From assembly GCA_017987115.1 (NCBI GenBank), contig JAGNUG010000006.1:459-64458 (forward strand): a stretch of 64,000 nt of DNA, written 5' to 3'. The notes under the pieces are model-generated. The model saw only the letters and a program-made list of their open reading frames with translations, made no database searches and was not told the origin of the DNA. Every line of letters starts with the position of its first letter. The first letter of the stretch is position 1. Of the stretch, positions 19,175 to 29,259 are shown one piece after another. The position numbers and the translations under genes are program-made. This stretch comes from Flavobacteriales bacterium. Lineage in GTDB: Bacteria; Bacteroidota; Bacteroidia; Flavobacteriales_F; PHOS-HE28.

Positions 19175-22100
19175 CTAATTCCCCATCAACAACTTCACAG
19201 CAGCCTCTAACTGCTGATCACGGCCTTTGCTTACGATCGCGGGTTCCAGCTCTTGCCGAATATCGGGTTCCAGCTGCTGGTTCTCCAAGTAATTGCCTGC
19301 GTTGTCGATCATGCCGACCTGCGGTATACCGAAGTACATTCCGTTCTGTAGACCTTCCCACCAGACGGCCGTACCTGTGCCGGGAACCGGCATTCCCACA
19401 AGCTTACCAACTCCCAATGCACGGTAGGTCACTGGGAACATGTGTGCATCGCTATAATTGCTTTCACCCATGACCACAGCACTTGGGCGCTGCCATTTGA
19501 ACTGTGGTTCGGTGCCTAACTTCTGTCCGCGGGGTTCTTCGCGCATGTAGGTTTTTCCACTTAGGAACGTTGCGAGGTCATCGTGCAACCAGCCTCCACC
19601 ATTGAAACGCGTATCTACTACCAGTGCTTTCTTGTCGTAATACCTCCCAAGCGCATCCTCGTAAACCGTTCGATAACTTTCATCGTCCATCCCGCGCACA
19701 TGAACGTATCCGATCGTGCCATTGCTGAGGCTATCAACAATGTGGCGACAGCGTTTCACCCAACGCTGGTAAAGCAATTCGCTTTCCTCACCACGCGTGA
19801 TAGGCTTAACTGTTTCTTCCCAGCGAGCTTTCGTTGCAGGATCGTACAGCGATAACAACGTGTACTTATCCGCCTTGCGATTAAAGTGAGTGCTGGGATC
19901 CTGGTCCACACTAAGCTCCACACCATCGATCTTTTCGATCACCGTACCCTTCTTGATCTTCGAGCCATCGCGTATTACAGGGCTTTTCTCGATCACTTCA
20001 GCAACGACAAGACCAGCCTTCGTCGTGTCGTCCAGATAGAACAACCCTAGGCTTGCTGTCGCATCACCATTCTCCATATTGCTCCTGAACCCGGAACCGG
20101 TGTGTGATGCATCCAACTCACCAAGCATCTCACTGAGCATCTCTGCGAAATCCTCATTATTGTTGATGAAAGGCAGAAATTTGGAATAGGCTTTCTTATA
20201 GAATTCCCAGTCGACCCCATGCAGGTCAACACGGTAGAATTTCTTGACCACTTGCCGCCAAACATGTTCGAACAGATAAGCTCGCTCTTCATTCGCGTTC
20301 AAGGTCATTTCACCATTCACGCCAACGCCTTTCACCTCGCCCTTCTCAATATCGAAAACGCTGATACTGCCATCATTGGTGAAATACAGGTTCTTGCCCT
20401 CTTTGTCCATGACCAACGTTCCCATGTCGTCGGCTCCTAACTTGGTCAACACTTTGGTTTCGTGGGTGCGCAATTCGGTTTCCCAGAGGTCATAGCCCTT
20501 CTCGAAACTGGCCAAGTAATACAACTTTTCTCCATCCTTGCTCAACACCGCAGCACCAAGGTCAGATGAATGGATGGTCAATCGCTCACGCCGATCCACG
20601 ATGTTATCCAATTCGAATTTCAATGGTTTCACAGGCTCTTCTTCCTTCGCGTCCTTTTTGTCCTTTTTCTTGTCTTTGTCAGCATCCTCTCCACCTTCCT
20701 CTTCTTTCTCTTCGGCTTCCTTCTTCAAATCAGCTTCTTCCTTGGTCAGCTTGAAGTGATCGTATGCTTCCTGTGTGAAGAATGTTGCGTACACATCGGC
20801 CTGTCCACCCCAACTAGCATGGTTCTTCATTCCATCACGCCCGCTAACACTGATCATGACCTTGCCATCCATGGCCCAATCCGGACTCCAATGATCGTAG
20901 CCGCTTTTCGTAAGGTCGATGACGGGATCCTTTCCGCTTGCATTCACCAATCCACATTGAGTTAGCCATTGATCGGGACGTAGGAATTGCACCAATAACC
21001 ATTTACTGTCCGGCGACCATGCGAAGTGCTGATCACCATCGCTGTAGCTGTAGTTGCGATCACCCGGCAATACCGTGCGCGTCTCCTTGGAGGCCAGATT
21101 GAACACTTTCACTTCGGTACGTTCTTCGAAATAGGCCACCTCTTTTCCATCCGGCGACCACCTAGGTTGAAATTCCTCGGCAGGCGTGGCGATCAACGCT
21201 TCTTCCTTAAGTACCGTGCTATTGAAGAAAAAATTCTCATCGTTCCGAGTAAGTGAAACCGTGTAAATATCCCAAGAGTCGTTGCGCTCCGCAGCGAATA
21301 GAATTCCACGTCCATCCGGACTGAAACTCACCGACCGCTCTTGCTGAGGCGTATTGGTGATGCGCCTAGTGGTGCCTTCTGCAACCGAACTCACGAAGAC
21401 CTCACCCCGCGAGACATAAACGACCTCTTTACCATTCGGGGATACTTCCAGCTCCGATATATTCCCATTCACACTCAGTGTGCTGACAGGATTGTAACGG
21501 CCATCCGTCTCAATGTTAACGTTCACCTTTTCAGGTTGACCTCCTTCCGTCATAGTGTATAGCTCACCATCATAGCTGAAACAGAACTTACCGTTATCGC
21601 TGATCGACAATGAGCGGACAGGATGATCCTTAAGCTGACTAATGCGCGTAGGTGTACCACCCGTGGCCGCAACTTTACAAATATTGAAGGAGGTTCTTCC
21701 ATCCGTTGCACCCAATGGGTCTTCACTGAGATAATACACGCTCGCACCATCTGCGGACCAGACCGGGTCCACATCTTCTCCGATGAAGGTGGTGATCTTT
21801 TTGTATTCCATTTTAACCGGATCCAACGTCCAGATATCCCGTGTCACCGATGATGTATGGTGTTTGCGCAATTCATCCTCGTACCCTTTTCGATCGTGAT
21901 AAACCAGTTTATCACCGGCCTTGTTGTACTTCGCATTCAGCGCAGGCAAGGTTGTAACACAGGTAGCTCTTCCACCTTTTACCGGAACGGCATACAACTC
22001 TCCCATAGCACCACTTGGAAAGAGCTGATTGCTCACCGCGTCCATGCGGCTGCTGTAGAAGATCACCGCTGAATTATCGGGGGTGAAATCGCTCGGCATA

Positions 22101-22444
22101 TCCCAAGCCGAATTGAACGTAAGCCGCGTTGAAGGTCCACCTTCGCTCGGCATTATGAAGATGTCGTTATTGCCGTACCGATTACTTGCGAAAGCGATCT
22201 GCTCACCGTCATGGCTCCAAACCGGTGAGCCGTCCATGGCCTCATTCGTGGTCAGCAGGAGTGCTCTTCCGCCTGTAGCAGGAACACGCCACAGATCACC
22301 TTGGTAAGTGAATACGATCGCGGTTCCATCCGGTGAGATCGCTGGATTTCTTAACCAGAGCGGTGATCCGGGCGCATCTACCTGTGCAAAGGATTGTGAT
22401 ACGGATCCGATCGTTAAGGCAATGCAGAGCAACTGTTTCATCAT
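19175..22444 (-). CDS. Tricorn-protease-like S41 peptidase (TolB-type beta-propellers + PDZ + S41 domain)
   Basis: About 1090 aa. Repeated SPDG/WSPDG propeller motifs are followed by a PDZ-like segment and a C-terminal S41-like domain. The signal peptide MMKQLLCIALTIGSVSQSFAQ begins at the ATG at 22444/22441; the track start at 22522 is GTG. Confidence 0.85.
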   Translation of the reverse strand: MMKQLLCIALTIGSVSQSFAQVDAPGSPLWLRNPAISPDGTAIVFTYQGDLWRVPATGGRALLLTTNEAMDGSPVWSHDGEQIAFASNRYGNNDIFIMPSEGGPSTRLTFNSAWDMPSDFTPDNSAVIFYSSRMDAVSNQLFPSGAMGELYAVPVKGGRATCVTTLPALNAKYNKAGDKLVYHDRKGYEDELRKHHTSSVTRDIWTLDPVKMEYKKITTFIGEDVDPVWSADGASVYYLSEDPLGATDGRTSFNICKVAATGGTPTRISQLKDHPVRSLSISDNGKFCFSYDGELYTMTEGGQPEKVNVNIETDGRYNPVSTLSVNGNISELEVSPNGKEVVYVSRGEVFVSSVAEGTTRRITNTPQQERSVSFSPDGRGILFAAERNDSWDIYTVSLTRNDENFFFNSTVLKEEALIATPAEEFQPRWSPDGKEVAYFEERTEVKVFNLASKETRTVLPGDRNYSYSDGDQHFAWSPDSKWLLVQFLRPDQWLTQCGLVNASGKDPVIDLTKSGYDHWSPDWAMDGKVMISVSGRDGMKNHASWGGQADVYATFFTQEAYDHFKLTKEEADLKKEAEEKEEEGGEDADKDKKKDKKDAKEEEPVKPLKFELDNIVDRRERLTIHSSDLGAAVLSKDGEKLYYLASFEKGYDLWETELRTHETKVLTKLGADDMGTLVMDKEGKNLYFTNDGSISVFDIEKGEVKGVGVNGEMTLNANEERAYLFEHVWRQVVKKFYRVDLHGVDWEFYKKAYSKFLPFINNNEDFAEMLSEMLGELDASHTGSGFRSNMENGDATASLGLFYLDDTTKAGLVVAEVIEKSPVIRDGSKIKKGTVIEKIDGVELSVDQDPSTHFNRKADKYTLLSLYDPATKARWEETVKPITRGEESELLYQRWVKRCRHIVDSLSNGTIGYVHVRGMDDESYRTVYEDALGRYYDKKALVVDTRFNGGGWLHDDLATFLSGKTYMREEPRGQKLGTEPQFKWQRPSAVVMGESNYSDAHMFPVTYRALGVGKLVGMPVPGTGTAVWWEGLQNGMYFGIPQVGMIDNAGNYLENQQLEPDIRQELEPAIVSKGRDQQLEAAVKLLMGN

Positions 22445-22547
22445 GAACAGATAATTTTTCGACATGGCACAAAGATGATCCAACTGGTTCTGGCAACAAA
22501 GCACTAGATGGAGCAATGCCACCGTTCATACCAATTTCAACTACCGC

Positions 22548-23999
22548 TCAACGTTTCAGCACTTTGATCAATGTTCCACTTGGTATATCGTCAGTGAGCT
22601 CCATGCCATTCACGATCGCGAATTCCTCCAATTTATCGTGTGGTATTCCATATTTCGTAAGCTGTTGACTTAGCGATGCCGCATGGTCCGTACGCTGCAC
22701 GTGAAGCCGTTCCGGTTGTTTATTCAGCAGAAGAATATCTGTAAGTGGCGCAAAGCCAATCATGGTTCTAGTGAATTCCCCTTGGTAGGTATTGAGATCG
22801 GTCCCCTCAGTAACTCCGGTTATTTGGAGCACGGACTCCCCAACTTTGTACAATGTGACTTTCACCTTCAGCATTTGTGCGGTTTGTTGTTGGTCGGGAG
22901 CGGCCTCTTGTCGTTGTTCAGCATTCATTTCCAGCGCATCAAAGCCATTGATCACACGACTGTTTCTGGTCAGCACCGTAAGGCCATATTGGCGCGCCAT
23001 GGTATCTGATGCGGCTTGCAACGTTACACCAGGCGCGAAGGCCAAGAACAACAACGCCTTGCCATCTGCCGGTGCCATAGAAAATTGTTGAGGTGTATTC
23101 TCGTGTTTCCAACCATTTGGAACCGGGAATTGGATCTTCAGCTCAGGATGCACGAACGCTGAATTCTCCACAAATCCTTGTCGCGGGTCTTCACCGTAGA
23201 CCAAACCTTCAAGCATTCGCAAATAGGTATCGCGACCGACCTTACCGTCCGAGAGATTCAATTTCTCTTGCCATGCGGTAGCCAATTCATGTACGTTCTC
23301 GAGGCGGTTCAACGGATCGGGGTGCGTGCTCAGAAACTCAGGTATCCTACTCGCACTCCCTCCGCCTTGGCGTGATAATGTATTGAAGAACTCGGCCATT
23401 TCATGCGCATTGTAGCCGATCCTACTGCTGTACTCCACACCTAGTCCATCGCTTTGGCTCTCTGCATCGCGTCCGAATTTCAACAACATCAATTGCACTC
23501 CGGTAGAAGCCGGTTCCAAGTACTCAGCGAATTTGGGCGACGCGATCATACCCGCGATCAACCCTACTTGTGCCATTACTGCATTGCGCTGGGCGACCAC
23601 CGAATGGCGCGCCGTTACGTGACCGATCTCATGTCCTAGTACACCAGCGAATTCAGCTTCATTATTGAAATTCGCCATGATCCCCCGCGTGAAATACACG
23701 TATCCACCTGGGACCGCGAACGCATTCACCACAGGCGAATCCATGATCCGAAAGGTGTAATTCAGCTTGGGCCTATGCGAAATGGCGCCCATCTCCTTAC
23801 CCATTGCGTTGATGTAGTTCTGTAACACACTATCCTCATACAGACCAAAACTTGCTGTGATCTGTGGATCATACGCTTGCCCCATGGCGATCTCCTTCGC
23901 CTCACTCATTACGGCGAATTGCTTCTTGCCAGTAACGGGGTTGACCGCACAAGAAGTGATCAGTTGTAGAAATATGACCAGGGGTAATAATCTGAACAT
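22548..23999 (-). CDS. M48-family zinc metalloprotease (lipoprotein)
   Basis: HEIGH zinc motif in GHEIGHVTARH; lipobox-like LITSCAV. Confidence 0.85.
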   Translation of the reverse strand: MFRLLPLVIFLQLITSCAVNPVTGKKQFAVMSEAKEIAMGQAYDPQITASFGLYEDSVLQNYINAMGKEMGAISHRPKLNYTFRIMDSPVVNAFAVPGGYVYFTRGIMANFNNEAEFAGVLGHEIGHVTARHSVVAQRNAVMAQVGLIAGMIASPKFAEYLEPASTGVQLMLLKFGRDAESQSDGLGVEYSSRIGYNAHEMAEFFNTLSRQGGGSASRIPEFLSTHPDPLNRLENVHELATAWQEKLNLSDGKVGRDTYLRMLEGLVYGEDPRQGFVENSAFVHPELKIQFPVPNGWKHENTPQQFSMAPADGKALLFLAFAPGVTLQAASDTMARQYGLTVLTRNSRVINGFDALEMNAEQRQEAAPDQQQTAQMLKVKVTLYKVGESVLQITGVTEGTDLNTYQGEFTRTMIGFAPLTDILLLNKQPERLHVQRTDHAASLSQQLTKYGIPHDKLEEFAIVNGMELTDDIPSGTLIKVLKR

Positions 24000-24112
24000 T
24001 GTTGTAGGGTACGACCGTTGACAACCGGCACATGCAGCCTGCCAAGATATCGGTTGCTTAATGAAATGAGTGCATCCTATTTCCAGATCGGTTACGACCT
24101 TCGTGCCTTAAT

Positions 24113-25738
24113 ATGGCAGAACAAACCATTACCGGCAACTTTGTTGATATACCGACCGAACGCATTTTCCCTGCTGATGTGATCATTGGGGATGGTCGGA
24201 TCAAGAGCATAACGGAACTATCCTATCCCGTGGAAGGATATCTGATGCCCGGCTTCATCGATGCTCATGTTCATGTTGAAAGCAGCATGTTGGTTCCCAG
24301 CGAATTCGCCCGTCTAGCGGTAACTCACGGCACGATTGCCACGATCAGCGACCCACATGAGATCGCCAATGTGCTGGGTGTGGAAGGCGTTGAATACATG
24401 ATCGAGAACGGGAAGAAGGTTCCGTTCCATTTCTTCTTCGGGGCACCCAGTTGTGTACCTGCAACAGAATTCGAGACCGCGGGAGCCGTGGTTGATCCTG
24501 ATCAAGTTGGCGCTCTATTGGATCGAAAAGAGATCGTCTACCTCAGCGAAGTTATGGACTTCCCTGGCGTTTTGAATGGCACTTATGACATCATGAAAAA
24601 GATCGCCCATGCCAGGCGCTTGGGCAAACCCGTAGATGGCCATGCGCCCGGTCTACGAGGCGAGGAAGCCCGGAAATACATTGCCGCAGGCATAAGCACT
24701 GATCACGAATGCTTCACTGCGGAAGAAGCCCTGGACAAACTAAAATGCGGTATGCTGATCCAGATCCGTGAGGGCAGCGCGGCCAAGAACTTCGATGCCT
24801 TGATCGGGTTGTTGAATGAGCATGCCGGCAAAATGATGTTCTGTAGCGACGACAAACATCCGGATGGGCTGGTTGAAGGACACATCAACCTGCTCTGTGC
24901 GCGAGCGGTCGCGCATGGTGTTGACCTCTTTAAAGTGTTACGCACGGCTTGTTGCGTCCCTGTGGAGCACTATAAACTCCCTGTGGGTCAGTTGCGTTTA
25001 GGCGATCCTGCAGATATGATCCTCGTTAAGGACCTTGAGCATTTCCAGGTGAAGCGCACGTGGATCAAAGGCAAGTTGGTTGCGAAGGATGGGAATACCT
25101 TGATCAAAAGCGTGCCCACAAAACGTCCGAACAATTTCAATTGCTCGCCAAAGCAGGTATCCGAATTCAGGATCCCTGAAACGGGCCAAAACCTACTTGT
25201 GATCGAAGCATTGGATGGGCAACTGATCACGCACAAGAAACACATCGCTCCAACTGTGATCGCGGGCGCCTGTGTGGCAGACCCTACCAAGAACCTGTTG
25301 AAGATAGCCGTTGTGAATCGATACGACAACAAGCCCATTGCGTTAGGCTGGATCTCCAATTTCGGGCTGAAACGAGGCGCTATTGCGGGCAGTGTTGCCC
25401 ATGACAGCCATAACATCGTTGCGGTTGGCACCAATGATGAGGACCTCTGCACAGCGATCAATCTAGTGATCCATGAGCGTGGGGGGATCAGTTTGGCGAA
25501 TGGCGACCATCATCGGATACTTCCACTACCAGTGGCGGGTATCATGACCGATGCGGATGCGCATATCGTAGCCGACGCATACGCTGCAATGGACCGCGAA
25601 GCTAAAGATCTCGGGAGCACGTTGGGTTCACCGTATATGACGTTATCATTCATGGCGTTGCTCGTGATCCCGCACCTGAAAATGAGTGATCTAGGGTTGT
25701 TTGATGGTGATAAATTCCAACTAGTTAAAGCCCATTGA
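24113..25738 (+). CDS. ade: Adenine deaminase
   Basis: 541 aa, amidohydrolase metal motif GFIDAHVHVESS; length and layout are typical of adenine deaminase. Confidence 0.88.
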   Translation: MAEQTITGNFVDIPTERIFPADVIIGDGRIKSITELSYPVEGYLMPGFIDAHVHVESSMLVPSEFARLAVTHGTIATISDPHEIANVLGVEGVEYMIENGKKVPFHFFFGAPSCVPATEFETAGAVVDPDQVGALLDRKEIVYLSEVMDFPGVLNGTYDIMKKIAHARRLGKPVDGHAPGLRGEEARKYIAAGISTDHECFTAEEALDKLKCGMLIQIREGSAAKNFDALIGLLNEHAGKMMFCSDDKHPDGLVEGHINLLCARAVAHGVDLFKVLRTACCVPVEHYKLPVGQLRLGDPADMILVKDLEHFQVKRTWIKGKLVAKDGNTLIKSVPTKRPNNFNCSPKQVSEFRIPETGQNLLVIEALDGQLITHKKHIAPTVIAGACVADPTKNLLKIAVVNRYDNKPIALGWISNFGLKRGAIAGSVAHDSHNIVAVGTNDEDLCTAINLVIHERGGISLANGDHHRILPLPVAGIMTDADAHIVADAYAAMDREAKDLGSTLGSPYMTLSFMALLVIPHLKMSDLGLFDGDKFQLVKAH

Positions 25739-25801
25739 TCAGGTCCGCTGGGCTGTTCTAACTTGCTCCATCTTTTATTTCCCGGATCCACTCATTGATC
25801 C

Positions 25802-26485
25802 ATGTTCAAACCGATTGTATTCATTTCGAAATTATTGCCATTCATCACCCTGCTGCTGACCCTTGGCTGTAGCACCAGCAGAGAATTTGCAGGTGATGGG
25901 CGATTCGTGAAGCGCTCTTTACGTCCAGGGTGGCATGTGGATCTTGGTATTCGAAAGAACAGGACGAACGCTTCGTGCATAGCCCAAGTTGTAGGATCCA
26001 ACATAGCTGAATACCGACCGGATAGTACGGACGATCAGCGATTTACAACCGGACCGGACGATCTGACAGCAAGCACCGAAAATGATCTTCCTTTAGGAGA
26101 AGTCTACTCCCATTCCACACTTGAACGAACAAAGGCGCCTTTGGACATCGGCACCGATCCACAACGTAGATCAGAGCTGCAAGCGACCTGGTCGAAGACC
26201 GAAGGGCTCACCGAACAAGAAAACCTCATGCCGAAAAAGAAGTGGAATCATTGGGCCATTCCATCATTTCTAGCAGCACTAGCGACTGTTTTCTTGGCCT
26301 TTACAACGCTGGAATTCATTGCGGTGATCGTTGGTATTGTAGTGACATTGACCCTTGCAGGGATCGCGCTACGCCGAGGTCGGGTCCATGAGTTGGCAGG
26401 TAAGGGATTTGCGATCGCCGCATTATTGATCGGCGTGCTGGCTGCCTTGGTCACTGTGATAAGCGTGGCTTCATATGGCCTCTGA
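25802..26485 (+). CDS. Hypothetical lipoprotein/membrane protein
   Basis: Lipobox LLTLGCSTS and two C-terminal TM helices. I recognise no catalytic motif. Confidence 0.55.
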   Translation: MFKPIVFISKLLPFITLLLTLGCSTSREFAGDGRFVKRSLRPGWHVDLGIRKNRTNASCIAQVVGSNIAEYRPDSTDDQRFTTGPDDLTASTENDLPLGEVYSHSTLERTKAPLDIGTDPQRRSELQATWSKTEGLTEQENLMPKKKWNHWAIPSFLAALATVFLAFTTLEFIAVIVGIVVTLTLAGIALRRGRVHELAGKGFAIAALLIGVLAALVTVISVASYGL

Positions 26486-26840
26486 GTGACCCTGGAATAA
26501 GTTCATTCATCAACTCACTGCGCGGAACGAATCTGTTCCAACAATTGCGATCCAACAAGATTTTACCATGATCTTGTAGTGGCGATCGGTAGTATTCCAG
26601 TACATAACAAAGAGTCATTCGTGGCAGAGCAGTGGTGGAGATCTTATCCTCTTACGATCCTATTTCGCTCACTCATATATATTCAGGAATATAGCGAAAT
26701 AAAGCTGACTTTGTACTGGACATACGGGATGACATACAGTTAGACGTGGTACTGGACAGCGATTTAGACAAGTGGATGTTCATTTCTGCACTAATTGTCT
26801 GGTCCACAATAGATCAGATAGGTCATTCCTTTGGACATCT

Positions 26841-27980
26841 ATGGGGCCATTTGACGAGACAATTACGTGGATACGGTTCAAGACGGACCTGAGACAGGCA
26901 CCACCTTCCTTTTGGTTGCTTTTGGGTGAATGTGTGGCTATGGCCCACCATCTTCGCGGTGCTCCTTTGCCACCCGTTGAAAGCCGATCACTGGATAACG
27001 AATTGCTCGCTTATGGGTTGTTGGCTCGCGTTGTTCTGGATGGAAGTACGTTGCGAGCAGAACAGGTATTGCTCCATCTCGATGGACGTCTTCGCGTACC
27101 CGCATCGCAGAGTCAAGACGTTGTTGATCTGGATAACCTGTTCCATGCGAGTCAGCGTTTGCAGGTCGGGATCTCAAATGGGACAGGAACACTTTCTCCG
27201 GAACGCATTCTGGAATTGCACGGCACATTGACCCAGGTCGAAGGCAAGAAGCCACGATCCATTTGGCGTGACGGACCGATGCCTCCTGGTGGTTTGTCAG
27301 GGGTGCCTTCTGAGATGATCCCATTGTTCATGGTTGAATTATGCGATTGGTTGAATGGACCTGAGCTACAACCTCCTACGCCGGAAGAAACACCGCATTA
27401 TGCAATCTTGCGTAGCCTTATCTCCGAGCTGTACCTCTCTTGGATCCAGCCAGTTAAAGTAGCGGGCTATCGTCTAGCCGGGCTAATTGGTCAGCAGCTC
27501 TTATCAGCAGGAGGTCTGTCCGGGTCTTGGACCTCACTTACAGCAGTTCACTACCACCGCACGAGGCCGGAGTTTCTCCGTCAGATCAGTCACGCAGCAC
27601 AGGGCGTCGGAGATCCAATACCCTTTCTAGCATACAGTCTCAAAGGATTACTTGATGGCCTTCGAGAGCTTTCATCGGCGATACGGAACGCCCAGACCCA
27701 TGGACAATGGCGCGCTCATGTAGAAGACCTATTTGAAGATGTAAATGGGCCGCAGCGTATCCGTCAACGTACGTTGTTGCTAGGATTAAGCGAAGAAAAG
27801 GACCCGGTTCCGGTGGGCAACATCGCCCTGCTCAACCCTGAACTGGCGCGCCTTTATGCTGGTGTTTCCACAAAGACCCTGCAACGCGATCTGGAAGCCC
27901 TGGAAGATCTTGGCGCTGTGCAACGCAATCCTGAGGGCATCCGGGCAAGGCGGGAAGTGGTGCTCGGTTTTAAGGGCTGA
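26841..27980 (+). CDS. Fic-fold-like protein with fully degenerate core motif and C-terminal wHTH
   Basis: By-eye match to the Fic_N + Fic layout (LLLGECVAMAHHLRGAPL; VVLDGSTLRAEQV; SWIQPVKVAGYRLAGLIGQQLL), with a C-terminal VSTKTLQRDLEALEDLGAVQR. ATG at 26841; the track start at 26772 is GTG. Confidence 0.55.
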   Translation: MGPFDETITWIRFKTDLRQAPPSFWLLLGECVAMAHHLRGAPLPPVESRSLDNELLAYGLLARVVLDGSTLRAEQVLLHLDGRLRVPASQSQDVVDLDNLFHASQRLQVGISNGTGTLSPERILELHGTLTQVEGKKPRSIWRDGPMPPGGLSGVPSEMIPLFMVELCDWLNGPELQPPTPEETPHYAILRSLISELYLSWIQPVKVAGYRLAGLIGQQLLSAGGLSGSWTSLTAVHYHRTRPEFLRQISHAAQGVGDPIPFLAYSLKGLLDGLRELSSAIRNAQTHGQWRAHVEDLFEDVNGPQRIRQRTLLLGLSEEKDPVPVGNIALLNPELARLYAGVSTKTLQRDLEALEDLGAVQRNPEGIRARREVVLGFKG

Positions 27981-28887
27981 AAAATTCTTCAATAACCCTA
28001 TCCGCCTTACGTTCAACCGCTTCTGGCGAAATGCCAGCCTCCCGCATGGCTTTCAAAGACAAAGCACCATCTGATTTCGAAAGCTTTCTACCATCAACGT
28101 CCATTTCCAACCGATGATGAAGAAAACGAGTTTGCTTGAACCGTTCGAGACCTAACAGATCAGCCATATAAAGCTGGCAGGCCGTTGAAGCCATCAGGTC
28201 TTTACCACGAACGATCCACGTATTTTCCTGATCCATGTCATCGGCCAACGAGGCCAGTTGATAGGCAACCCGAGGCGTTTCGTTGCCGATTGAACGTTGA
28301 CGGATCACAGGGTCTCCCATTGCGGATACCAGATCAACCAATTCCACTTTTCCGTTCATCCCATTGATCTCGATCATGGCTGGATCCATAACACGTAGGC
28401 GCCACGTATTCCCTTGTGCTTCCAACGTGTTACCAGCTGATCTACAAATTCTTGGATACCTATCCTCCTTATGTTCAAGTAGTTGTGATCGAGTACACGT
28501 GCAGCCATAGACACGCCCAGTGGATCGCAATTCCTCGGCTAAAAGCTGATAGCGCCCCGACCGCAGTTGCTGCGACCAATTCAAAAAATGATCATCCGGA
28601 CCGGTCGGGCCACTTTGCCACTCGATCCCTAACCAATCCAACGAACGGAAAATATCTTCCACGTACTCCATTCTCACGCGTTCCGCATCCAGGTCATCAA
28701 TGCGCAGGTGTATAGTGCTACCTAGGAATTTCGCAAGTTTAGATGTGATCATGAAATTGATCGCATTCCCTGTATGGAGGTAACCACTTGGTGTTGGTGC
28801 GATCCGCGTTCGACCACCACTATGCAGGTCAAGGTGTTTCAATTCGAACGATGTGTTCTGGGATGCCAAAGTGATGTAGCTAAACAC
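27970..28887 (-). CDS. gluQ: tRNA glutamyl-Q(34) synthetase (GluRS paralogue)
   Basis: About 305 aa truncated class-I GluRS with RIAPTPSGYLHTGN (HIGH-type) and KLSKS (KMSKS-type) motifs and no anticodon-binding domain. The start codon is GTG. Confidence 0.82.
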   Translation of the reverse strand: MFSYITLASQNTSFELKHLDLHSGGRTRIAPTPSGYLHTGNAINFMITSKLAKFLGSTIHLRIDDLDAERVRMEYVEDIFRSLDWLGIEWQSGPTGPDDHFLNWSQQLRSGRYQLLAEELRSTGRVYGCTCTRSQLLEHKEDRYPRICRSAGNTLEAQGNTWRLRVMDPAMIEINGMNGKVELVDLVSAMGDPVIRQRSIGNETPRVAYQLASLADDMDQENTWIVRGKDLMASTACQLYMADLLGLERFKQTRFLHHRLEMDVDGRKLSKSDGALSLKAMREAGISPEAVERKADRVIEEFFSP

Positions 28888-28985
28888 AATTAGAGCAAAG
28901 AACTTGGCCGAAGTACTTCTCAGGCAACCTTCTGAAGCCTTGGTCTTTGCATATCTGGAGAATCTGCCAGAACGCGGCTATAATG

Positions 28986-29070
28986 TACCCGGGGCGGGAC
29001 TTGAACCCGCACAGCCCTTACGGACCAAGGGATTTTAAGTCCCTCGTGTCTACCATTTCACCACCCGGGT
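28986..29070 (-). tRNA. tRNA-Leu (anticodon TAA)
   Basis: Hand-folded cloverleaf: acceptor ACCCGGG/CCCGGGT, anticodon stem AGGGA/TCCCT with loop CTTAAAA, long variable arm, T arm GCGGG-TTCAAGT-CCCGC. No encoded CCA. Confidence 0.92.
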
Positions 29071-29105
29071 AAGGGCGTGTTCGCCAGAAATACCAACGAA
29101 CAATG

Positions 29106-29142
29106 CTCAAAAATAACGATGCCCCCCATTTCGGGAGGCATC
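29106..29142 (-). terminator. Rho-independent terminator after tRNA-Gly
   Basis: The minus strand reads GATGCCTCCC-GAAAT-GGGGGGCATC followed by GTTATTTTTGAG, directly after the tRNA-Gly 3' end. Confidence 0.65.
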
Positions 29143-29218
<76 letters not shown>

Positions 29219-29259
29219 AATACATTCACTTTGGCAACTTGCCGCTGCGAATTGGGCTG

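Noticed and set aside
24000-24112. Looked for a purine riboswitch ahead of adenine deaminase
   Set aside because: The 113-nt spacer lacks the conserved junction sequences and three-stem pattern, and it is too short.
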